Source: an uncultured Spirochaetota bacterium (GTDB lineage Bacteria > Spirochaetota > Spirochaetia > SZUA-6 > Fen-1364). Taken from it: a stretch of DNA of 64,000 nt. The notes below the pieces were generated by a model. The model searched no databases and was not told the origin of the DNA. It saw nothing but the letters and a program-made list of their open reading frames with translations. Below, piece by piece: positions 56,516 through 64,000 of the stretch. Made by a program: the position numbers and the translations under genes. Each line of letters begins with the position of its first letter. Position 1 is the stretch's first letter. The DNA lies in the NCBI GenBank assembly GCA_963781885.1, contig CAWAHW010000002.1:960001-1024000 (forward strand). Direction: 5' to 3'.

Positions 56516-56550
56516 CGGGAGCGCGCAACGCATGGCGTGGCGCGCTCCCG
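56516..56550 (+). terminator. GC-rich hairpin after the binding-protein gene (mRNA stabiliser)
   Basis: CGGGAGCGCGC-A-ACGC-ATG-GCGT-G-GCGCGCTCCCG, no U-tract. Confidence 0.55.
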
Positions 56551-56583
56551 CGTATTGCGGGCTCGGGCCGCACGGGGACGCGA

Positions 56584-57486
56584 ATGAATCGCATAAGGCG
56601 CTATTTCCGCTACGGGAATATCGGGTATCTGTTCGTGCTGCCCGCTGCCATCTACATGCTGCTGCTGGTCGGCTACCCGATCGTCAGCAACTTCATCCTC
56701 AGCTTCCAGGACGTCACGGTCACCACGCTCAACGCCGTCGGGAAGCCCCTGGTGGGCCTGCGCAACTACCAGACGCTCCTGGCCAACGGGGTGCTCCAGC
56801 ACGCGCTCGGGAACACCTTCATCTTCACGATCTGCTGCCTCGTCTTCCAGTTCGCCATCGGCTTCGGCCTTGCGCTGCTCTTCAACACGGGCTTTCCCCT
56901 CGCGAAGCCCATCCGCGGCCTGCTGATGATGCCCTGGATGATCCCGATGACGGTCACCGCCTTGATATTCAAGTTCATGTTCAGCTCGAACGTCGGCATC
57001 ATCAACCAGTTTCTCCAAGTGTGCGGCATCATCAAGAGCCCGGTGGAGTGGCTGCTGCAGCCGCGGTTGGCGATGTTCTCCCTGATCGCCGCGAACATCT
57101 GGATCGGGATACCCTTTAACACGATCCTGTTGTCCACCGGGCTGACCACGATCCCGACCGACGTGAAGGAGGCCGCGGTCATGGACGGCGCGAACAGGCG
57201 GCAGTCCTTCCTCTTCATCATCGTGCCCATGCTCAGGCCGGTCATCGAGTCGGTGCTGATACTCGGATTCATCTACACGTTCAAGGTCTTCGACCTCGTG
57301 TTCGTCATGACGAACGGCGGACCGGTGAACTCGACCCACCTGCTCTCCACCTATTCCTACAAGCTCTCCTTCGTGCTCTTCAAGTACAGCCAGGGCGCCG
57401 CGACGGCGAATATCCTCTTCGTGATCCTACTGGCGGTGAGCATCCTGTACCTGAGGTACGTGTACGACGACAGGAGGGCCGGATGA
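56584..57486 (+). CDS. Carbohydrate ABC permease (MalF-like)
   Basis: MMPWMIP, KEAAVMDGA and FDLVFVMTNGGP. Confidence 0.93.
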   Translation: MNRIRRYFRYGNIGYLFVLPAAIYMLLLVGYPIVSNFILSFQDVTVTTLNAVGKPLVGLRNYQTLLANGVLQHALGNTFIFTICCLVFQFAIGFGLALLFNTGFPLAKPIRGLLMMPWMIPMTVTALIFKFMFSSNVGIINQFLQVCGIIKSPVEWLLQPRLAMFSLIAANIWIGIPFNTILLSTGLTTIPTDVKEAAVMDGANRRQSFLFIIVPMLRPVIESVLILGFIYTFKVFDLVFVMTNGGPVNSTHLLSTYSYKLSFVLFKYSQGAATANILFVILLAVSILYLRYVYDDRRAG

Positions 57487-58325
57487 AGAACCGCGCCGCG
57501 AGGCTGAGGTCGGTCACGCTGAGCGCGGTCTCGGTCGTCATCTTCATCGTCGTGATGTTCCCGCTTTACTGGATCGTCGTGACGTCGCTGAAGAAGGAGA
57601 TCGAAATCTTCCAGGTGCCGCCCACCCTGCTGCCGCACGTGCTGAACCCGGATTCATATTCCGCGCAGCTGCAGCACGGGGACTTCAACATGTTCCGCTC
57701 CTTCAAGAACAGCTTCGTGATATCATCCTGCGCGATGCTGATTGCCCTCGTCCTTGCCATCCCGGCCTCCTACGGCATCGCCCGATTCACCTTCAGGGGC
57801 AAGAGGGCGTTCATCCTGGGCTTTCTGGTCACGCAGATGCTTCCCGTCTCGGTGCTCCTCACGCCGATGTTCATCATTTTCAAGAATATTCACCTCCTCA
57901 ACACCCAGCTCTCCGCCATCCTCGCCGATGTGACGATTGGCGTCCCTTTCTCCGTCCTGATCCTGATGGGCTATTTCGCCTCCATACCGAAGGAGCTCGA
58001 GGACGCCTCCTGCATCGATGGCTGCACCCGCTTCTCTGCCTTTGTCCGCATTTTTCTCCCGATCGCCTCTCCGGGCGTGATCGTGTGCACCGTCTTCTCG
58101 TTTCTCTATGGCTGGGGCGACCTGGCCTACGGCATGACCTTCCTCCAGGACCAGGCGAAGCGCCCGATCACCGCGGGGATATTCAATTTTTTGGGGCAGT
58201 ACGGCACCAAGTGGAGCTACCTGAGCGCCTTCGCCGTCGTCACGGTCGTCCCGGTTGTCCTCATCTTCGTCTTCATGCAGAAATACATCGTGAGCGGTCT
58301 CACAAGCGGGGCCGTCAAAGGCTGA
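57483..58325 (+). CDS. Carbohydrate ABC permease (MalG-like)
   Basis: IPKELEDASCIDGC and QKYIVSGLTSGAVKG. Confidence 0.93.
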   Translation: MKNRAARLRSVTLSAVSVVIFIVVMFPLYWIVVTSLKKEIEIFQVPPTLLPHVLNPDSYSAQLQHGDFNMFRSFKNSFVISSCAMLIALVLAIPASYGIARFTFRGKRAFILGFLVTQMLPVSVLLTPMFIIFKNIHLLNTQLSAILADVTIGVPFSVLILMGYFASIPKELEDASCIDGCTRFSAFVRIFLPIASPGVIVCTVFSFLYGWGDLAYGMTFLQDQAKRPITAGIFNFLGQYGTKWSYLSAFAVVTVVPVVLIFVFMQKYIVSGLTSGAVKG

Positions 58326-58338
58326 GGGAGAGCGAGTC

Positions 58339-60319
58339 ATGGCGATTCTGGGCAGGATCGGAGACCGGCTCGACGCGGGAAGAGGATCACGAGGTTCTTT
58401 GGATCGAGCCATGGGGGCCGGACGCGCTGCGGGTGCGGGCCACGAAAGGGCCCTCGATGCCCGACGAGGATTGGGCACTGATTCAGCGGCCCGCGCAGGC
58501 TCGGATCGAGATAGCCGACGGGCGGGCGTCGATCTCCAATGGGGCGATCCGGGCCGAGATCGCCCGCTCGGGGAAGCTCACGTTCTTCGGCGCGCGCGGG
58601 CAGCCCATCATCGCGGAGTCCCTGCGCACGCGCAGGGACATTCTGTCGGAGGACTGCTCGGCGCTCGAGCTCGAAGCGCGCGAGTTCCGCCCCCTCATCG
58701 GCGGCGACTACGCCATCACCGCCCGGTTCGAGTCGCTCGCGGCCGACGAGCGGATCTACGGCATGGGGCAATACCAGCAGCCGTATCTGGACCTCAAGGG
58801 CACCGAGCTCGAGCTCGCGCACCGCAACTCGCAGGCGAGCGTTCCCTTCTACCTGTCGAGCCTCGGCTACGGTTTTCTCTGGAACAATCCCTCGATAGGC
58901 CGGGCCACGTTCGCCAAGAACGGCACGGTCTGGCGCGCATCGTCGAGCAAGGCCCTGGATTACTGGGTGGTGGCCGCCGACCGTCCGCGCGACATCCTGG
59001 AGCGCTACACGGGCGTGACCGGGAGGGCGCCCATGATGCCCGACTTCGCCATGGGCTTCTGGCAGTGCAAGCTGCGCTACCAGACCCAGGAGGAGCTGCT
59101 CGGCATCGCACGCGAGTACCGGCGACGGGGCGTCCCGCTCTCCGTCATCGTCGCCGACTTCTTCCATTGGCCCACCCAGGGCGACTGGCGTTTTGACCCG
59201 ACCTACTGGCCGGACCCTGACGCCATGATCGCGGAGCTGCGGGCAATGGGCATCGAGCTGATGGTCTCCGTCTGGCCGACCGTCGACTACCGGAGCGAGA
59301 ACTTCGCGGAGATGCGCGATCTCGGCCATCTCATCCGCACGGAGCGCGGCATACGCGTCTCAATGGACTTCCAGGGCAACACGCTCCACTTCGATGCGAC
59401 CAGGGCCGCGGCACGCGACTACGTCTGGGCCAAGGTCAAGAAAAACTACTGGGACAAGGGCATCCGCGTGCTCTGGCTCGACGAGGCCGAACCGGAATAT
59501 ACCGCCTACGACTTTGACAATTACCGCTATCACCTCGGCTCGGACCTCGCCGTCGGGAACATCTACCCCTTCATGTACGCCAGGACCTTCTACGAGGGCA
59601 TGTCGGCGGCGGGGCAGGAAAAGGTCATCAATCTGATCCGATGCGCCTGGGCCGGCAGCCAGCGCTTCGGCGCGCTGGTCTGGTCGGGGGACATCCATTC
59701 CAGCTGGAAGAGCTTCCGCAACCAGCTCGTCGCGGGGCTGAACATGGGCATCGCGGGCATCCCCTGGTGGACAACCGACATTGGAGGCTTCCACGGCGGC
59801 GACCCGAATGATCCAGCGTTCCGCGAGCTCTTCACGCGCTGGTTCGAGTACGGAACCTTCTGCCCGGTCATGCGCATGCACGGCGACCGCGAGCCTCGAC
59901 AGCCCCAGGTCGGCACGAGCGGCGGCGCCTCCTGCCGGTCCGGCGCCCCGAACGAAATATGGAGCTACGGGGAGGAGATCTACAGGATCTGCGTCAGGCA
60001 CATCGAGCTCCGGGAAAGCCTGCGGCCTCGAATCTCCGAGGCCATGCAAGCCGCTCATGCCGCGGGCACTCCGCCCATGCGCCCGCTATTCTTCGACTAC
60101 CCGGAGGATCCCGGGGCATGGGCCGTGGAAGACGAATACCTTTTCTGCGACCTGCTTGTTGCTCCGGTCCTGGCCCCGTCCCAGCGATCGAGGATGGTCT
60201 ATCTTCCCGAAGGTCGCTGGAAGGGCCTGTACGACGGCTCGCTCCTGCAAGGCGGCCGGACAGTCGAATGCGCTGCGCCGATCGACAGGATCCCGGTGTT
60301 CGAGAGGGTGCGTCCGTGA
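58339..60319 (+). CDS. GH31 alpha-xylosidase-like glycosidase (~659 aa) with a +1 frameshift at 58371-58372
   Basis: WIEPWG.DALRVR, YGMGQYQ, GFWQCKLRY, WLDEAEP (nucleophile), WSGDI and WTTDIGGF. ATG 58339 after GAGGGAG joins the long frame if one base is removed (MAILGRIGDRL-TREEDHE). Confidence 0.9.
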
Positions 60320-60430
60320 TTCGAAGGCAGGCACGGGGCATGCCGAACCCCTAGATGCCGGTCAGACGGCGTGGCGTTAGCGCAGGAATATCGCCCTTTG
60401 GATAAAAGCATGATAACTAGTATTTCAGGC

Positions 60431-60482
60431 TTGACAAGAACAAGGAATTTGCGCATTGTGCGGTGGTTAGTGGTTAACCACT
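60431..60482 (+). promoter_or_regulatory. Promoter region with a FadR/GntR-type palindromic operator
   Basis: TTGACA at 60431-60436 (the -10 is weak); perfect palindrome AGTGGTTAACCACT at 60469-60482 (TGGT-N2-ACCA core). Confidence 0.7.
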
Positions 60483-60521
60483 GAGTAGTGACCCACATTT
60501 AAAGGACACCAAGAACCGTAA

Positions 60522-61283
60522 ATGCCAGACGACAAGCTCGATATCGAAGTTTTTGACGCAATCGAGGTCGAAACTCCGTCAAACGTCATCGTCAATCAGA
60601 TCCGAAGCCTCATCGCCGACGGAACGCTGAAACCCGGGACGAGGCTTCCGTCGGAGCGCGAGCTTTCCGAGCGCTTCGGCGTCGGCCGCGGGCATATCAG
60701 GAAGGCGCTCGCCAGGCTGGAGTTCTACGGCATTCTGAAGACCGTTCCGCACCGGGGAACCATCGTGGCCAGGATTGGCGTCAAGGCGATCGAGGGGCTG
60801 CTCGCCAACATCCTGCAGCTCGAGAATCCCGACATCCGATCCCTTCTCGAGACGAGAGCCATCCTTGAAACCAACGCCGCGGCGCTTGCCGCCGAGCGCG
60901 CCACGGCGGAAGAGGTGAAAGAGCTGGAGACCTGCCTGGACGATTTCCGACAGAAGGCCGAGCGCCAACTCCCAACGCTGGAAGAGGACCACCTCTTTCA
61001 CCTGAAGCTGGCTGCCATGTCGAAGAACTCGGCCTTGCTCAGCATGATCAGTCTTATCACTCCCGACATCATTGCCATGAACCGAAACTTCAAGGAGCGC
61101 GACTACGCCCGGTTCCAGAAAACCATCGACGAGCATGTCGCCATCGTGCACGCCGTTGTTCTGCGCGATCCTGCCGCGGCGCGAGCGGCCATGCAGGAGC
61201 ACATGACGCAATCTGCCCGAAGGAGGCTGGTCGAGGACGCCGGCTCCGGCGGGGCATCATCGACCCAGGGAGGAAAGACGTGA
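60522..61283 (+). CDS. GntR family (FadR subfamily) transcriptional regulator
   Basis: LKPGTRLPSERELSERFGVGR wHTH; FCD domain with FH..LA..SKN and EH.AI. Confidence 0.95.
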   Translation: MPDDKLDIEVFDAIEVETPSNVIVNQIRSLIADGTLKPGTRLPSERELSERFGVGRGHIRKALARLEFYGILKTVPHRGTIVARIGVKAIEGLLANILQLENPDIRSLLETRAILETNAAALAAERATAEEVKELETCLDDFRQKAERQLPTLEEDHLFHLKLAAMSKNSALLSMISLITPDIIAMNRNFKERDYARFQKTIDEHVAIVHAVVLRDPAAARAAMQEHMTQSARRRLVEDAGSGGASSTQGGKT

Positions 61284-62167
61284 TCGCGGAGACGCGCAAC
61301 ATGGATGACCCCGACTACGAACAGATTGCCGAGCTGGCCCGGCAGATACGCCGGGACACCGTGCGGATGATCGTGCACGCGGGCTCGGGGCACCCGGGCG
61401 GCGCGCTCGGCATCGCAGAGATCATGGCGGTGCTGTACGCGTGGGCCATGCGTCACAACGCGGCCGGGGCGCGCGACCTGGACCGGGATCGGCTCGTCCT
61501 GAGCAACGGCCATATCTGCGCCGCCCAGTACTCCGCCATGGCCCGGGTCGGGCTTCTTCCGCTTGCCGAGCTCGCGAGCTTCCGCAAGCTCGGATCGAGG
61601 CTTCAGGGCCATCCGTCGCGCGCGTTCCTTCCCGAGCTCGTGGAGACCTCCACGGGTCCCCTTGGCCAGGGATTCTCCGTGGCGAACGGCCTGGCCCTCG
61701 GCATCCGGATGTCGGGAGGCAAGGGGAGGGTCTCCTGCATCGTGGGAGACGGGGAAATGCAGGAAGGCCAGGTGTGGGAGACGCTCATGACGGCGGCCCA
61801 CTACAGGGTCTCCAACCTGCTGCTCTTCGTGTCGTACAACGGCCTGCAAATCGACGGCGAGGTGGACCGGGTGAAGAAGATCGAGCCTTTGGCCCAGAAG
61901 CTCTCGGCATTCGGCTGGAACGTCCAGGAAATAGACGGGCACGACTCTCGCGCCGTGGTCGGCGCTCTCCGCGCGGGAATGGCGGAGACGACCCGGCCGA
62001 CGGCCGTGGTGGCGCGGACGATCATGGGCAAAGGAGCTCCTTTCATGGAGGGACTCGCGAAATGGCATGGCGCGTGTCCCAGCAAGACGGAGGCCGCCAC
62101 TGCCCTTGATGCGATCGGCGTCTCGGCGATCTACGACGATTTCCCCCTCGTGGAGGCGCCGGTATGA
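61280..62167 (+). CDS. Transketolase, N-terminal (TPP-binding) subunit
   Basis: GSGHPGG, DRLVLSNGH, LQGHP, TGPLGQG and GDGEMQEG. Start 61280 or 61301. Confidence 0.93.
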   Translation: MIAETRNMDDPDYEQIAELARQIRRDTVRMIVHAGSGHPGGALGIAEIMAVLYAWAMRHNAAGARDLDRDRLVLSNGHICAAQYSAMARVGLLPLAELASFRKLGSRLQGHPSRAFLPELVETSTGPLGQGFSVANGLALGIRMSGGKGRVSCIVGDGEMQEGQVWETLMTAAHYRVSNLLLFVSYNGLQIDGEVDRVKKIEPLAQKLSAFGWNVQEIDGHDSRAVVGALRAGMAETTRPTAVVARTIMGKGAPFMEGLAKWHGACPSKTEAATALDAIGVSAIYDDFPLVEAPV

Positions 62168-63174
62168 TTCCATTCACCTCCCCGACACCGATTCGCGACG
62201 GTTTCGGCAAGGCGCTCCTCGCCCTGGGCGCGCAAAACCCGAACGTCGTGGCGCTCACCGCGGACCTTGCGGAGGCCATCAGGGTGCATTGGTTCGCGGA
62301 AAAGTATCCCGATCGCTTCTTCGAGATGGGCCTCTCCGAGTCGGATATGATGGGCACCGCCGCGGGTCTCGCCCTCACCGGGAAGATCCCGTTTGCCACG
62401 ACGTTTGCCGTCTTTGCGACGAGCCTCGCCAACCAGGCGGTGCGCGTATCCATCGGCTACAACCGGGCGAACGTCAAGATCGTGACAAGCCATGGCGGCA
62501 TCTGCGTCGGCCCCGATGGCGCCACGCACCAGTCGTTCGAGGACATTGCGCTCATGCGGCTCATTCCCGGCATGACTGTCGTCGTCCCCTGCGACGCGCA
62601 CGAGGCATGGAAGGCCACCTTCGCGGTGGCGGAAATGGACGGCCCCGCCTACCTCAGGCTGGGAAGGATTGCGACCCCCCTCATCACCGCCGCAGACGCG
62701 GAGTTCACCCTCGGGAAAGCGGCGCTCATGCGCGAGGGAGGCGACGTGGCGATCCTCGCGTGCGGAATGGCCGTGTCAATGGCGCTGGATGCTGCGACGC
62801 TTCTTGAAACGCGTGGGCTTTCCTGCCGCGTCGTCAATATCCACACGCTGAAGCCGCTCGATGAAGAGGCCGTCAGGGAGGCGGCGGAGATCTGCGGGGC
62901 CGTGGTCACCGCCGAGGAGCACTCCACGATCGGCGGGCTGGGCGAGGCGGTGGCAGCCGCCCTCGCGCGCTCCCGCCCCACGCCGCAGGAGTTCGTGGGC
63001 GTGGCAGACACCTTTGGCGAATCGGGCGAGCCCGGGGAGATCCTGGCGAAGTACGGCCTGACGGCGGAGAAGATTGCGGAAGCGGCGCTGCGCGCCACCT
63101 CGCGAAGAAAGGTGACCCAAGGGCGGGACGGCGCGCCGGCCCGCCCTATCTCGAAACAAGGGAGGCATCCATGA
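62164..63174 (+). CDS. Transketolase, C-terminal subunit
   Basis: RDGFG, ADLA, GLSESDM, GPDGATHQ, GPAYLRL and TAEEHS.IGGLG. Confidence 0.93.
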   Translation: MIPFTSPTPIRDGFGKALLALGAQNPNVVALTADLAEAIRVHWFAEKYPDRFFEMGLSESDMMGTAAGLALTGKIPFATTFAVFATSLANQAVRVSIGYNRANVKIVTSHGGICVGPDGATHQSFEDIALMRLIPGMTVVVPCDAHEAWKATFAVAEMDGPAYLRLGRIATPLITAADAEFTLGKAALMREGGDVAILACGMAVSMALDAATLLETRGLSCRVVNIHTLKPLDEEAVREAAEICGAVVTAEEHSTIGGLGEAVAAALARSRPTPQEFVGVADTFGESGEPGEILAKYGLTAEKIAEAALRATSRRKVTQGRDGAPARPISKQGRHP

Positions 63175-64000
63175 AAAAGCTGTGCACGGTCCTCATCGTC
63201 CTTGCCCTTGCGGCGGGTGTCGCGGCGGCCCAGTCCCCGACGACGGTCAGGTACTGGTATCACCTCGACGATCCGAACGCGAGCATCGACAATCTCCTCC
63301 AGAAGTTCCAGAACGAGAACCCGACGATCAAGCTCGATGCCGAGCGCGTTCCCTGGGGGAGCTACAATCAGAAGCTCATGACCGCGGTGGCAGCGGGAGA
63401 CGCGCCGGACGTCTTCGAGGTCAAGCTGTGGTGGCAGCCGCAGCTGGTGGAGATGGGCGCCCTCGCGCCGATCGACTCCTACCTGGCCAACTGGCCGCTG
63501 AAGTCCGACATCTTCGACAACGTGTGGAAGCTGTCCCGGTACACCGACGGGACGAATTACCTCATGCCCTACCAGATGGTCATCCTCTATCTCTACTACC
63601 GCACCGACCTGTTCAAGGCGGCAGGCCTTCAGCCTCCCACGACGCGGGACGAGTTCCTCGACGACGCGAAGAAGCTCACGAAGAACGGCGTCTACGGTTT
63701 CGGCATCCGCGGCGCCTCCGGCGGTCACGATTTCTGGGCCACGTTCGTTCTCTCCTCCGGGGCGCAGATCTTCGACAAGAACGGCAAGTCCGGCCTCACC
63801 ACGAAAGCGGCAATCGACGCGAACCAGTGGTACATCGACCTGTACAGAAAATGGAAGGTGAGCCCCCCCACCACGCCGTCGGACGGCTTCAAGGAGACCA
63901 TTGCGAACATGAAGTCGGGCAAGACGGCCATGACGATCCACCACTTCGGCTCATCGGCCGAGATGGAGGCCGCCCTCGGCGACAAGATCTCGGCAGTGCC
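63171..64000 (+). CDS. Sugar ABC substrate-binding protein (runs off the window)
   Basis: GGAGG RBS, MKKL signal peptide, FQNENPTIK, AGDAPDV and LYYRTDLFKAAGL.PPTT.DEF; no stop before 64000. Confidence 0.9.
   Translation, partial: MKKLCTVLIVLALAAGVAAAQSPTTVRYWYHLDDPNASIDNLLQKFQNENPTIKLDAERVPWGSYNQKLMTAVAAGDAPDVFEVKLWWQPQLVEMGALAPIDSYLANWPLKSDIFDNVWKLSRYTDGTNYLMPYQMVILYLYYRTDLFKAAGLQPPTTRDEFLDDAKKLTKNGVYGFGIRGASGGHDFWATFVLSSGAQIFDKNGKSGLTTKAAIDANQWYIDLYRKWKVSPPTTPSDGFKETIANMKSGKTAMTIHHFGSSAEMEAALGDKISAV

Noticed and set aside
58085-59196. GH31 start at 58085, and a separate 285-aa ORF 58339-59196
   Set aside because: Both result from the frameshift at 58371-58372; 58085 lies inside the permease gene.
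1-64000. Transposase, integrase, phage, defence-island, rRNA or tRNA genes
   Set aside because: None recognised; nearly all of the sequence is accounted for by the listed CDSs and short intergenic gaps.

Overview
GC-rich bacterial chromosome segment, most likely from a spirochaete. The rpsT-HU-...-bactofilin-cinA-rho-rpmE gene order and the 'FA-x-G-x-x-E' binding-protein leaders point that way, but this is inferred, not searched. The left half (1-32.4 kb) is housekeeping and signalling: rpsT, HU/IHF, lnt, a response regulator, bactofilin, cinA, rho, rpmE, Mut7-C RNase, GH42 beta-galactosidase, a GIY-YIG-like protein, two stand-alone cNMP-binding proteins, galK, surE, TPR and NHL/VWA proteins, a corrinoid protein, a four-subunit 2-oxoacid:ferredoxin oxidoreductase, a beta-CASP RNase, a nucleoside kinase, HD-GYP, BtuCD-like genes and a MshEN-like microprotein. 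The right half (32.6-64 kb) is a carbohydrate-utilisation block: four sugar ABC modules (the last cut by the window edge), three two-component systems, a GntR/FadR regulator, GH95, GH39, GH31, an unclassified 831-aa glycosidase-like protein and a split transketolase. Five genes, including rho, carry single-base frameshifts that are probably assembly errors. Notable non-coding structure: a 76-bp REP-like element in two inverted copies, a perfect 3x31-bp tandem repeat inside a GGA-hairpin-rich leader, and a 2x24-bp repeat over the vorB RBS region. No rRNA, tRNA, CRISPR array or transposase was recognised. All family calls come from reading motifs by eye; no database search was run.
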